Source: Chitinophagales bacterium
GTDB taxonomy: Bacteria > Bacteroidota > Bacteroidia > Chitinophagales > LD1
Assembly: GCA_035299425.1 (NCBI GenBank)
Contig: DATGWP010000239.1
Location: forward strand, 1,259-65,258
Reading direction: 5' to 3'
DNA: 64,000 nucleotides
Positions 48,758 to 58,767 of the stretch are shown here, piece by piece; within the stretch, counting starts at the first letter, position 1; every line of letters begins with the position of its first letter. A model generated the notes under the pieces. It made no database searches, was not told the origin of the DNA, and saw only the letters and a list, made by a program, of their open reading frames with translations. Made by a program: the position numbers and the translations under genes.

Positions 48758-49126
48758 TTAGCTCTTTAAATCGCGGTCAAGTTCCTCCATCATTACATAG
48801 TCAACCGACTCGTTGATAGACGGCACTATGTTAAGAATGGGTTCTAACTGCGATATTTTAATGAGCTTTTGAATATGAGCGTTAAGGCCGGTAAGCACAA
48901 AGGTGCCGCTGGCTTCTTTGCACAGGCGGTTGCCAACCAAAAGGGCGCTAAGGCCAGATGAATCTACATACTGCACATCGGCCAGGTCGAGCACTATATT
49001 TTTGAAGCCTTCATTGTTCAAAATGACCATTTCGGATTTCAACTGAGGGGCCAGATTGCTCAATAGCTTATCCTCGTTCAACTTTACAATAACCAGTCTA
49101 TCTCGTTTGTCAATCTGAAATTTCAT
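48758..49126 (-). CDS. STAS-domain protein (anti-sigma-factor-antagonist-like)
   Basis: 122 aa with ...VLDLADVQYVDSSGLSALLVG.... Confidence 0.7.
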   Translation of the reverse strand: MKFQIDKRDRLVIVKLNEDKLLSNLAPQLKSEMVILNNEGFKNIVLDLADVQYVDSSGLSALLVGNRLCKEASGTFVLTGLNAHIQKLIKISQLEPILNIVPSINESVDYVMMEELDRDLKS

Positions 49127-49309
49127 GCCTTATTCGTTTAGGTAGTGCGATAATACGATTCTAATTTAGAACTTTTTAATTCAAAAACGAAAGATGGAGG
49201 TTTTTTTTGCGTGGGTAAGTTTTTGTCTACCGATGGTAGGGAAGGAGAGTGGCGTAGGACGAGGGGCGAGTGACGAGGGGAATGCAAATACAGAAATGCA
49301 AATGCTTAA

Positions 49310-49675
49310 CACGGAGATACAGAATACAGAAAGAGACAGAGCCATCGGTTGAAACCGACGGCAGTTTGATAAAAGGAATGTTGAATCTGTTTATAAGCGG
49401 ACTAAAGTCCGCAAAAGGCGTAATTGCATAACCACGGAGGCACAGAATACACAGAGATACATGGAGAAATGCATGTTTGGATCCTAGCGGGCGGGTAGGC
49501 AGGCACATAGGCAATGGGCCGTTGATTGAAACCGACGGCAGTTTGATAAAAGGAATGTTGCATTGTTTTTTAATGGCCATCGGTTGAAACCGACGGCAAA
49601 TTGATAAAAGGAATTCTGCTTTGTTTTAATGGCGGACTAAAGTCCGCGAAAGGCAGGTAGGCTGAAGTCCGCCGG
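49310..49675. repeat. mosaic of short palindromic intergenic repeats (family 2) upstream of clpC
   Basis: CCATCGGTTGAAACCGACGGCA.TTTGATAAAAGGAAT occurs three times (49342, about 49519, 49577). The hairpin GCGGAC-TAAA-GTCCGC occurs twice (49397, 49632). ACGGAG.(C)ACAGAATACA(CA)GA.A occurs twice (49311, 49434). Confidence 0.75.
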
Positions 49676-49899
49676 GAAAAAAGTCATTGTATGTAAAAAC
49701 ATTCAAGGCCAAAACATTGTTAGCATTGTGCAACCAATTAATATGCAAGTATTTTGCAGGTTACAATTAATTGCGTTTAATTTGAAAACAGACAGCTAAA
49801 AATGCAGTAACTGTTAATTTTTAGCATTGAATATTAACCAGTTGACCCGACAATATGACAGATGTAAATTGTTGGTTTGAATTTTGAAATTAAGAGCCA

Positions 49900-52467
49900 A
49901 TGGAAGCAAAATTTTCACCGAAAGTAAAGGAAGTAATCTCCTACAGCCGCGAAGAGGCCCTAAGGCTGAACCACGATTACATAGGTATTGAGCATTTGTT
50001 GCTGGGGCTGATACGCGAGGGCGAAGGCCTGGCTATAAAAACCCTGAAGAGCCTGGATGTAGACGCAGTGATGCTGCGTAAGACAGTAGAGGACAGTATA
50101 AAGGACAAAGTGGCTAAGGGCAGCTTTAACCCAAACAACCTGCCGCTGACAAAACAGGCAGAGAAAGTGTTAAAGATAACTGTGCTGGAAGCCAAGGTGC
50201 TGAAAAGCGATGTGATAGGCACCGAGCATTTATTGTTATCTATACTTAAAAACAAAGACAACCTGGCCACGCAGTTGCTGGCGCAGTTTGATATTGATTA
50301 CGATGTATTTAAAAAAGAGCTGGAGGCAGTGCAAAACGATATGAAAGATACAAAAGCCGTGCGCGATGAACTACCGGGCGACCAACCGGATGATGAACCG
50401 TATGAAGACGATAAAGGCCGTGGTGGCAATTTTGGACAGACCCAACAGCCTAAAAAGCCGGGTGCTACCAAAAGCAAAACACCGGTGCTGGATAATTTTG
50501 GCCGCGATGTAACCCACCTGGCAGAAGAAGGTGCGCTGGACCCTATTGTGGGCCGCGAAAATGAAATTGAGCGTGTAAGCCAGATACTTAGCCGCCGTAA
50601 AAAGAATAACCCGATACTGATAGGTGAGCCGGGCGTGGGTAAAACCGCGATAGTAGAAGGCCTTGCCCTGCGCATAGTGCAGAAGAAGGTAAGCCGTGTG
50701 CTGTTCAACAAACGAATTGTGATGCTTGACCTGGCTGCCCTGGTAGCCGGCACCAAGTACCGCGGACAGTTTGAAGAGCGGATGAAGGCCATAATGAACG
50801 AGTTGGAGAAGAACCGCGATGTGATATTGTTTATAGATGAAATACACACTATAGTTGGTGCAGGTGGTGCAACCGGTTCGTTGGATGCAAGCAATATATT
50901 TAAACCGGCCCTTGCCCGTGGCGAACTGCAGTGCATTGGCGCGAGTACATTGGACGAATACCGCCAGTATATAGAAAAAGATGGTGCGTTGGCGCGTAGG
51001 TTCCAGCAAGTGATTGTTGACCCGCCAAGCCCTGAAGAGACTATACAGATACTTACCAATATAAAGAATAAGTATGAAGATTACCACAGCGTAGATTACT
51101 CGCCGGAGGCTGTAGCTGCCTGTGTTAAGCTTTCTACCCGCTACATTACCGATAGATTTTTGCCTGATAAGGCGATAGATGTAATGGATGAAGTGGGTGC
51201 GCGTGTGCACTTAAAGAACATACATGTGCCTAAGAACATTATAGAGCTGGAAAAACAGGTAGAAGAAATAAAGAGCCAGAAGAACCAGGTGGTAAAAAGC
51301 CAGAAGTATGAAGAGGCTGCCCGCCTGCGCGATAGCGAAAAGCGCTTGCTGGAAGACCTGGAGAAAGCCAAGGCGCAATGGGACGAAGAAGCAAGGACTA
51401 AACACTTCCCTGTAGGTGAGGAAGATATTGCCGAGGTGGTAGCCATGATGACCGGTATACCGGTTAACAAAATAGCCCAGAGCGAAAGCAATAAGCTGAT
51501 AAATATGACCTCGGCTATTACGGGCTCGGTGATAGGGCAGAACGAAGCGGTGAAGAAGGTAACCAAAGCTATACAGCGTAACCGTGTAGGCTTGAAGGAC
51601 CCTAAGAAGCCGATTGGTACGTTTATTTTCTTAGGCCCAACGGGTGTAGGTAAAACAGAGTTGGCTAAATCGATAGCGCGCTACCTGTTTGATAGCGAAG
51701 ACTCGCTGATACGTATAGACATGAGCGAATACATGGAGAAGTTCTCGGTATCGCGCTTAGTAGGTGCCCCTCCGGGATATGTAGGCTACGAAGAAGGCGG
51801 GCAGCTGACCGAGAAGGTACGCCGCAAGCCATACAGCGTAGTATTGCTGGATGAGATTGAGAAAGCGCACCCGGATGTGTTCAATATATTGCTGCAGGTG
51901 TTTGATGATGGTATACTTACCGATAGCTTAGGCCGCCGGGTAGACTTTAAGAACACACTGATCATTATGACATCGAACATAGGTGCCCGCGACCTGAAGG
52001 ATTTTGGTGCAGGTGTAGGTTTTGCTACAAAATCGAAAACCGACCAGAGCGAGGAGTTTGCCAGCAATGTAATTACGAAGGCACTGAAGAGAACGTTCTC
52101 GCCTGAGTTTTTGAACCGTATTGATGATGTTATCATCTTCAACAGCCTGGGCAAAAACGACATACACAGCATTATTGATATAGCGCTGCGCGATGTAACC
52201 AAGCGTATAGTTGAGCTGGGCTTTACCATTAACCTGACCGACGAGGCGAAAGACTTCTTATCAGATAAAGGTTACGACCCTCAGTTTGGCGCCCGTCCGC
52301 TGCACAGAGCGATACAGAAATATGTAGAGGACCCGCTGGCCGAAGAGATACTACGTGCCAGCGCCAAGGCCGGCGATAGTTTCCTGATAGAGCTGAACAA
52401 GGAAGCCGACGAGTTGAAGATAACTCACGAAGCTGCCCCTAAAACGGCAGAAGCAGGTAACGAATAG
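49900..52467 (+). CDS. clpC: ATP-dependent Clp protease ATP-binding subunit ClpC
   Basis: 855 aa with a double Clp_N repeat, two Walker A sites ([22 protein letters not shown]) and a UVR-like linker ([16 protein letters not shown]). Confidence 0.9.
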   Translation: MEAKFSPKVKEVISYSREEALRLNHDYIGIEHLLLGLIREGEGLAIKTLKSLDVDAVMLRKTVEDSIKDKVAKGSFNPNNLPLTKQAEKVLKITVLEAKVLKSDVIGTEHLLLSILKNKDNLATQLLAQFDIDYDVFKKELEAVQNDMKDTKAVRDELPGDQPDDEPYEDDKGRGGNFGQTQQPKKPGATKSKTPVLDNFGRDVTHLAEEGALDPIVGRENEIERVSQILSRRKKNNPILIGEPGVGKTAIVEGLALRIVQKKVSRVLFNKRIVMLDLAALVAGTKYRGQFEERMKAIMNELEKNRDVILFIDEIHTIVGAGGATGSLDASNIFKPALARGELQCIGASTLDEYRQYIEKDGALARRFQQVIVDPPSPEETIQILTNIKNKYEDYHSVDYSPEAVAACVKLSTRYITDRFLPDKAIDVMDEVGARVHLKNIHVPKNIIELEKQVEEIKSQKNQVVKSQKYEEAARLRDSEKRLLEDLEKAKAQWDEEARTKHFPVGEEDIAEVVAMMTGIPVNKIAQSESNKLINMTSAITGSVIGQNEAVKKVTKAIQRNRVGLKDPKKPIGTFIFLGPTGVGKTELAKSIARYLFDSEDSLIRIDMSEYMEKFSVSRLVGAPPGYVGYEEGGQLTEKVRRKPYSVVLLDEIEKAHPDVFNILLQVFDDGILTDSLGRRVDFKNTLIIMTSNIGARDLKDFGAGVGFATKSKTDQSEEFASNVITKALKRTFSPEFLNRIDDVIIFNSLGKNDIHSIIDIALRDVTKRIVELGFTINLTDEAKDFLSDKGYDPQFGARPLHRAIQKYVEDPLAEEILRASAKAGDSFLIELNKEADELKITHEAAPKTAEAGNE

Positions 52468-52490
52468 TTTCTAATTTAATGAATGAAAAA

Positions 52491-52520
52491 ATCCCAACCG
52501 AGAGGTTGGGATTTTTTTTT
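52491..52520 (+). terminator. rho-independent terminator of clpC
   Basis: ATCCCAACC-GAGA-GGTTGGGAT followed by T9. Confidence 0.85.
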
Positions 52521-52558
52521 GGGCATAGCGTAGGGTATTAGCCCAACGCATTAGCATT

Positions 52559-53383
52559 TTAGCCTTCCGTTTTGTTCGCACCAAATTCCTGCATTAGCAA
52601 TTCATTCACCCCCACATTAGAGAACCCCCCATCGTGGAAAAGGTTTTGCATGGTAACGTATTTGGTAAGGTCGCTAAACAGGGTTACGCAGTAGTTGGCG
52701 CAGTCTTCGGCGGGTGCATTGCCCAGCGGACTGTTTTTATCGGCAAAGCCAAAAAATGAATCGAAGCCTTTTATACCTGAACCTGCAGTGGTTACGGTAG
52801 GCGATTGAGAGATGGAATTTACGCGCACCTTTTTAGCATTGCCATAGTAGTAGCCAAACGAGCGCACGATAGATTCCAATGTCGCTTTGGCATCGGCCAT
52901 GTCGCCGTAGCCGGGGAATGCGCGCTGCGAAGCAATATAAGTAAGCGCCACCACGCTACCCCACTCATTAATAGCATCCTGCTTTACGCAGGTCTGCAAA
53001 ATTTTGTGGAGGGATAGGGCTGATATATCCAGTGTTTTTTGAAACCACTCGTAATTGATATCGGTGTAGGTTTTACCCTTGCGCACATTAGGGCTCATGC
53101 CTATGCTGTGCAATACAAAATCGAGTTTGCCGCCCAGGTGTTCTGTTGATTGTGCGATTAGCTTTTCAATATCTTCTACCGAGGTAGCATCTGCAGGGAT
53201 AACCAGTGCATTGCATTCAGCGGCCAGTTTATTGATAGCGCCCAGGCGCAAGGCCACAGGGGCATTGCTCAATACAAATTTGCCGCCTTGTTCGTGTACT
53301 TTTTGCGCCACCTTCCAGGCTATAGATTGTTCATCGAGCGCTCCGAATATTATACCGCGTTTTCCTGCTAATAAGTTATTCAT
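52559..53383 (-). CDS. fabI: enoyl-[acyl-carrier-protein] reductase (NADH) FabI
   Basis: 274 aa. The SDR fold shows in N-terminal GKRGIIFGALDEQSIAW. The FabI-type Y...K region is YIASQRAFPGYGDMADAKA. Confidence 0.85.
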   Translation of the reverse strand: MNNLLAGKRGIIFGALDEQSIAWKVAQKVHEQGGKFVLSNAPVALRLGAINKLAAECNALVIPADATSVEDIEKLIAQSTEHLGGKLDFVLHSIGMSPNVRKGKTYTDINYEWFQKTLDISALSLHKILQTCVKQDAINEWGSVVALTYIASQRAFPGYGDMADAKATLESIVRSFGYYYGNAKKVRVNSISQSPTVTTAGSGIKGFDSFFGFADKNSPLGNAPAEDCANYCVTLFSDLTKYVTMQNLFHDGGFSNVGVNELLMQEFGANKTEG

Positions 53384-53460
53384 ATAGATAGTATGTAGTA
53401 GTTAGTATTTAGACAATGCAGAAATACAAAAATTAATAGACTTGCAAAGGTGGACTCATT

Positions 53461-53550
53461 GGGGGGGCTCACCACCCCGTCCCGCCTTCGGCGGGCCACC
53501 CCTCCTTAAAATGCCGCCGCGGTTGCGGCGAAGGAGGGGAGCATAACAGC
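53461..53550 (+). repeat. GC-rich multi-hairpin intergenic repeat (family 1)
   Basis: GGGGGGGCTCACCACCCCGTCCCGCC-TTC-GGCGGGCCACCCCTCCTTAAAATGCCGCCGCGGTTGCGGCGAAGGAGGGGAGCATAACAGCC. It has the same order of blocks as 40495-40623. Confidence 0.7.
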
Positions 53551-53553
53551 CGG

Positions 53554-55215
53554 TTAAGACGCTATCAACTCCCTGGCATTAGCCAGCGACGCATCGCTTA
53601 TTTTATCGCCGCTTAGCATTTTGGCAATTTCTATCACCCGCTCTTCGCCCTTTAATTCTTTAATGCGCGTGTTGGTGCGGTTGTCTTTTACCTCTTTATA
53701 AATGTATAAATGTGCATCAGCGGTGCGGGCTATTTGCGGCAGGTGGGTAATGCTTATTAACTGGTGGTTGCGCGAAAGCTTTTTCATTATCTCGCCTACC
53801 TTCAATGCTACTTCGCCGCTTATACCGGTATCTATTTCATCAAATATTAAGGTAGGCAATGCACCGGCATCGGCCAGTAGCGATTTGATGCAAAGCATTA
53901 AACGCGAAAGCTCTCCACCGCTGGCTACATCTTTAATTTCGTGTGGGGCAAAACCCTTGTTGGCACTGAACAGGAATTTGATTTCTGTCAGCCCGTTTTC
54001 GTTCAACTGCTGGTGCTCCAGTTTTTTAATGTCCACCTTAAATACCGAGTTAGGCATGCCTACCTTGGTAAGCAATACCACCACATTGTTCTGAAACTCG
54101 CGCAATACCTTTTCGCGCGATTGGTGTAGCTGCTCGGCTATAGCCAGTAATTCATGAAACTGCTTCTCCAGCTGTGCTTTTATCTGTTCAATATCGGCAG
54201 AGTTATTATCAACCGAGGCAATCTTTTGCTCCAGGTCGCTTTGTATCTTTAGCAGCTCCTCTACGGTGGTAGTGTTATGCTTTTTTTGCAGACGGTAAAT
54301 AGTGGTAAGCCTGTTGTTAACCTCCTCTAACCGCTCAGGGTCAAGCAAGGCCGTATCCTGCAGGCCTTCAAATTCTTTGGTAATGTCCTTTATCTCTTCA
54401 TAAGCGCTTTGCAGCCTTTGGCTAAGCGCGAGTATATCATTATTATAATTTTTTACGCTCTTAAGCTGACCCTGCACTTCGCTTAGCTGGTCAAGGGTAG
54501 ATATTTCGCCTTCGCTCAAAATCTGGATAGAGGATTGCAGGGCTATTTTAATCTCCTCCACATTGCTCAGCGTATTTTGCTCTGCCTCCAGTGTATTTTG
54601 TTCGTCGGCTTCCAGTTTTGCCTCCGCTAGTTCATTGTATTGAAACTGAAGGTAGTCAAGTTCGGCAGAGGATGTGCGGAATTGCTCCGCCAGCACTTCC
54701 AGCCTTTTATGGTCTTTTTTATAGCGGTTGAAAAGCCCGCGGTAAGTCTGCAGCAAATCCTGATTGCGGGCGAGGGTATCAATCACATCTAACTGAAAAC
54801 CCGCACGGGTAAGCTCCAGTGTTTCGTGCTGGCTGTGCAGGTTTACCAGTTTTTCGCCCAGTTGTTTAAGCACGGTGAGTGTTACGGGCGTATCGTTGAT
54901 AAATGCCCGTGACTTGCCGCTTTGGTTAATCTCGCGGCGCACAATGGTATGGGTGTCGAAATCCAGTTCGTTATCGGCAAAAAAGCTTTTCAGTCCTTTA
55001 TTTTCTATTTCAAAATCGGCTTCTACCACACACTTTTCGTCCTGGTTATAAAGAGCTTTGGTGTCGGCACGTTCGCCTAGTATCAGTGACAGCGCACCCA
55101 GCAGTATAGACTTACCTGCGCCGGTTTCGCCGGTAATAATGTTCATACGGTCGCAAAACTCAATTTCGAGTTTATCGATAATGGCATAGTTGCGTATAGT
55201 AAGGCGGTGCAGCAT
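53554..55215 (-). CDS. recN: DNA repair protein RecN
   Basis: 553 aa with N-terminal ITGETGAGKSILLGAL, a long coiled coil, and C-terminal SGGELSRLML...LIFDEIDTGISG. Confidence 0.9.
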   Translation of the reverse strand: MLHRLTIRNYAIIDKLEIEFCDRMNIITGETGAGKSILLGALSLILGERADTKALYNQDEKCVVEADFEIENKGLKSFFADNELDFDTHTIVRREINQSGKSRAFINDTPVTLTVLKQLGEKLVNLHSQHETLELTRAGFQLDVIDTLARNQDLLQTYRGLFNRYKKDHKRLEVLAEQFRTSSAELDYLQFQYNELAEAKLEADEQNTLEAEQNTLSNVEEIKIALQSSIQILSEGEISTLDQLSEVQGQLKSVKNYNNDILALSQRLQSAYEEIKDITKEFEGLQDTALLDPERLEEVNNRLTTIYRLQKKHNTTTVEELLKIQSDLEQKIASVDNNSADIEQIKAQLEKQFHELLAIAEQLHQSREKVLREFQNNVVVLLTKVGMPNSVFKVDIKKLEHQQLNENGLTEIKFLFSANKGFAPHEIKDVASGGELSRLMLCIKSLLADAGALPTLIFDEIDTGISGEVALKVGEIMKKLSRNHQLISITHLPQIARTADAHLYIYKEVKDNRTNTRIKELKGEERVIEIAKMLSGDKISDASLANARELIAS

Positions 55216-55281
55216 AGGGCGAATATAATCAAGCGCCTGCTGAATTTAAGGGGGTTAGTGATTTTTACTTTTATTTACAAA

Positions 55282-57327
55282 ATGAAACAGGTTTTAGTTT
55301 TACTGCTCTTTTGTTGCAACATATCATCCATTTTCTCTCAGAGCGGAACATGGACATGGATGAAAGGAAGCGATGTTAAAAATAGTGCAGGTAGCTATGG
55401 CGTAATGGGTGTGCCGGCCAGCACAAATGAACCTCCGGGCCGGTATGCCCCGGCTTTTTGGACTGATACTGCGGGCAATTTTTGGATATATGGTGGTGTT
55501 GGTTCAGGTTCATGGAATTCGTACTCTGATATGTGGAAGTTTGACCCGGTAACAAAAAACTGGACATGGATGCAAGGCACTCAAGGCGCTACTCATCAAA
55601 ATAATATTAATCCTAATTCATTTTTTGCCCCTTATAATACGCCGAGCGGTGTATGCTATGGGGTATTTACGTGGGTAACTCCTGATAATCATTTTTGGCT
55701 TTTTGGCGGTATGTACTATAATGTTTTTGTTGAGGGTAACAGAAATACTTATTTATGGGAATATGACCCTGCCATAAATCAATGGAGGAGTGTGCATGGT
55801 GCTGTAGGAGAACATGGGTTTTATGGTACCAAGGGCCAGGCGACTGCTTCCACGAGGCCAAGCAGTAGAACAGAAGGCAATACGGCCTGGGTTGATAGCA
55901 TCGGTAATTTATGGTTGTTTGGAGGTATGACGGGTTTTGATACCGCAAGTAACGATTTATGGAATTTTGACATGGAATCAAAAAGATGGACATGGGTAAG
56001 CGGTTCTCATATACCAAATGACAATGGTTTTTATGGGTTTCAAAATGTTCCGTTTGCTAACAATTATCCACCAGCCAGGGCAAATAACATGTTTTGGAAA
56101 GACGAGCGTGGGATTTTTTGGATGATCGGCGGAGAGAAATTTTCGGATGTAAGTTTTCAGGATGTATGGAATTATAATCCTGGTACGAATGAGTGGACTT
56201 ATGTGGGTGGAACAGCAGGGAACGACCCGCAAGTTCCATGGGGAGATTATTGCGTTGAAAACGAGCAGAACCGTGAAGGAGCGCGCTTTGAAAACAGGGC
56301 AGTTTGGAAAGTTTGCGATAATATGATACTAAACTATGGTGGGTTTAGTACAACTGATGTGAATGCTCCCTTGCTATCGTATAACGATATGTGGCTTTAT
56401 CGTCCGTATGAAAATAAGTGGGTGAAGCTTGGTGAGTGGCCCACTGCGGGCAATTATGGTACAAGGGGTGTGCCTGATGAACTCAATTATCCAACAGCGC
56501 GCTTTGGTGGCGTAAGTTTTTTAGGTCGCGATAATAGTGTGTGGCTTTTTGGGGGAATGGATTCAACCAAAGGTAAATACAACGATTTATGGAAGTACGA
56601 GCTGGATACTGCTTGTTTAAATAGATTTAGTTGTAGTAATCCATGTGCATTGCAACCTCCGGTGGTAACTGCAACTGATTCGGTTATTTGCAGAGGAGAG
56701 AATGTTGAGATATGCGCCCCGGCCGGTTATACTACTTACGTGTGGAATATTGGTTATGGCGGTACTTGCAGAACAGTTTCGCAGACAGGAAATTATTATC
56801 TGGTGGTAACCGATAGTAATAATTGTACGGCTATATCTAACCGTATAGCTGTTAGAGTGCAAGCACCAAGCGATTCATTTTACATCTATCGTTCCGGCGA
56901 CACACTTTTTTCTTATGACGGCATAAGAGGCGGGCAGTGGTATCGCAATGGTGAACCTATTGACGGAGCTTACGGGGATTTTTACGTTGCGAATGAACAT
57001 GGAAACTATACCATAGGTCTACCTGCTGGCAACACGGGATGCCCGCCTACATCTACCTGGGTTGTTGTATCAGGGATAAGTGATTTGACAGGAGATGGTG
57101 TAGAGGTGTTTCCTAATCCCAATTATACCGGTAAATGGACTTTGAAAGTTAGTAGTGAATGGATAGGTAGTAAGTTAAAGATAGTTGATGTAACAGGGCG
57201 TATAGTAACTTATTTTACTGTTCTGAATAATAATACAGAGGTGTATTTTGAGGGAGCCAGAGGATTGTATCTGCTTTCCCTTCAAAACGAGACAAAAAGC
57301 GGAACTATTAAACTTGCAAAACTGTAG
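55282..57327 (+). CDS. Kelch/galactose-oxidase-type beta-propeller protein with T9SS type-A CTD
   Basis: The start is moved to ATG 55282 (MKQVLVLLLFCCNISSIFSQ). Repeated W.FGG...........ND.W.Y motifs are present. A pre-CTD Ig-like module follows. The CTD is VFPNPNYTGKWTL...GLYLLSL. Confidence 0.8.
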   Translation: MKQVLVLLLFCCNISSIFSQSGTWTWMKGSDVKNSAGSYGVMGVPASTNEPPGRYAPAFWTDTAGNFWIYGGVGSGSWNSYSDMWKFDPVTKNWTWMQGTQGATHQNNINPNSFFAPYNTPSGVCYGVFTWVTPDNHFWLFGGMYYNVFVEGNRNTYLWEYDPAINQWRSVHGAVGEHGFYGTKGQATASTRPSSRTEGNTAWVDSIGNLWLFGGMTGFDTASNDLWNFDMESKRWTWVSGSHIPNDNGFYGFQNVPFANNYPPARANNMFWKDERGIFWMIGGEKFSDVSFQDVWNYNPGTNEWTYVGGTAGNDPQVPWGDYCVENEQNREGARFENRAVWKVCDNMILNYGGFSTTDVNAPLLSYNDMWLYRPYENKWVKLGEWPTAGNYGTRGVPDELNYPTARFGGVSFLGRDNSVWLFGGMDSTKGKYNDLWKYELDTACLNRFSCSNPCALQPPVVTATDSVICRGENVEICAPAGYTTYVWNIGYGGTCRTVSQTGNYYLVVTDSNNCTAISNRIAVRVQAPSDSFYIYRSGDTLFSYDGIRGGQWYRNGEPIDGAYGDFYVANEHGNYTIGLPAGNTGCPPTSTWVVVSGISDLTGDGVEVFPNPNYTGKWTLKVSSEWIGSKLKIVDVTGRIVTYFTVLNNNTEVYFEGARGLYLLSLQNETKSGTIKLAKL

Positions 57328-57447
57328 ATGCCAGATTAATGGCGCATTTCAGCCGTCAAAAATTTTCTACAATTGCCGCGCAATATCTTAAAACTTGGTT
57401 GCGTTAAATAGTGTCTCCCATCCTAATATCTTCACTTTCGCATATCC

Positions 57448-58767
57448 ATGTCTTCGCATAATTACCTCAGGCAAACTCTTATTGGCACAGCACTGGTTAT
57501 AGCATCGCTGTTTGCGCTATCGGTTATACCCGAGTTTGATTTGGGTAGCTTCCATTTTAAGCGGGTAAACATACTGGCCGATGTATTGAAAAAAGAAAAG
57601 ATCGTAGTGCAGGATACCATTGCAGTGGTTATAAAACCGGTATATGCCGATACCTGCAGGCAAGGCTTAACCTGCGTAGAAGACTACAGCAAAGACTCTA
57701 CAGGGTTAGATGCGTTTTTGGCGGCGCTCGATTCATCTAAAAACCATAAAGTGCGTATTGCCTGGTTTGGCGATTCGTATGTAGAGGGAGATATACTCCT
57801 TGACCCTTTGCGCGATACACTACAGGCATTGTTTGGTGGTAATGGTGTGGGCTTTGTGCCTATCACATCGGAGGTGGCGGGTTTCAGGCAGACGGTTGTT
57901 CACTCGTTTGGCAACTGGAAAACGTATGCCATAGTAGGAGAGAAGAGCGATGAACATCCTTTAGGCCCTGCCGGTTATGCGGCTGTGCCGCTGGAGGGTA
58001 ACCGTGTGTCTTACACGGTGGAGAAGCGAAAGAGGCTGAATGTTTTTCCCACCGCTAAATTGTTTTATGGCAATGCCGATAGCGCTACGCTGATTGCTAA
58101 TGAGAATGAGGTTTTTCTAGGTAAAGTAAACGGGCTGCATACAAAAAGCCTGGGTGAGAATCTTGCCGGGCTTAAGCTATCGGTTAGCGGGCAGGCAGAC
58201 CTGTATGGTGTAACGTTTGAAGATAAGACAGGCATAGCGGTAGATAACTTTGCTATGCGCGGCAACTCGGGTATTGGGCTGCATTATGTAAATGAAAAAA
58301 TGTATCGCGATTTTGATTCTCTACACCACTATGATTTAGTGATATTGAGCTACGGGTTGAATGTAGCTAACGAGAAATCGAAAAACTACGATTGGTATGT
58401 TCGTAGTATGAAACCAACTATTGCTATGATGCGAAGGGCGTTTCCTAATAGCTCAATTATTGTGTTAGGTTGCAGCGACCGCGCCGATAACATAGACGGC
58501 GAAATGCAGACCATGCCATCGGTTAAACGATTGATACAGGAGCAGCGCAAGATGGCCGCCGATAACAATGTGTGCTTTTGGGATTTGCAGCAAGCCATGG
58601 GCGGCGACAGCACGATGATACGCTGGGCAGAGCTGCCTAAACGGCCATTAGCTAATAAAGATTATACACATCTTACCTTTAGCGGAGGTAAAAAAGTGGC
58701 TGAGATTTTTTTGAATACGATTTTATACGAACGTGAGAAATATGAAAGAAGGAAGCGGAGTAGGTAA
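57448..58767 (+). CDS. SGNH/GDSL-type hydrolase-like protein (putative O-acetyltransferase partner)
   Basis: 439 aa with an N-terminal TM anchor, IAWFGDSYVEGD (block I GDS) and ...KDYTHLTFSG near the C-terminus. Confidence 0.6.
   Translation: MSSHNYLRQTLIGTALVIASLFALSVIPEFDLGSFHFKRVNILADVLKKEKIVVQDTIAVVIKPVYADTCRQGLTCVEDYSKDSTGLDAFLAALDSSKNHKVRIAWFGDSYVEGDILLDPLRDTLQALFGGNGVGFVPITSEVAGFRQTVVHSFGNWKTYAIVGEKSDEHPLGPAGYAAVPLEGNRVSYTVEKRKRLNVFPTAKLFYGNADSATLIANENEVFLGKVNGLHTKSLGENLAGLKLSVSGQADLYGVTFEDKTGIAVDNFAMRGNSGIGLHYVNEKMYRDFDSLHHYDLVILSYGLNVANEKSKNYDWYVRSMKPTIAMMRRAFPNSSIIVLGCSDRADNIDGEMQTMPSVKRLIQEQRKMAADNNVCFWDLQQAMGGDSTMIRWAELPKRPLANKDYTHLTFSGGKKVAEIFLNTILYEREKYERRKRSR

Noticed and set aside
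49227-49580. A 117-aa ORF in the clpC upstream region, and an 89-aa ORF at 40461-40730.
   Set aside because: Both are composed entirely of the palindromic intergenic repeats, so the same peptide fragments recur because the DNA recurs. They are not credible genes.
49310-49675. A possible CRISPR array, suggested by repeated roughly 40-nt units.
   Set aside because: There are only three copies, with irregular spacing (about 177 and 58 nt). They are interleaved with two other repeat types. There are no uniform spacers and no cas genes in the window.
50298-51566. Long antisense ORFs (253, 279 and 141 aa) lie inside clpC. Comparable ORFs lie inside bgl (39158-40120), ntrC (63004-63708), recN (53702-54129) and glcD (37001-37993).
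   Set aside because: They sit on the opposite strand of strongly supported conserved genes and have low-complexity or odd composition. They are typical antisense-frame artefacts.
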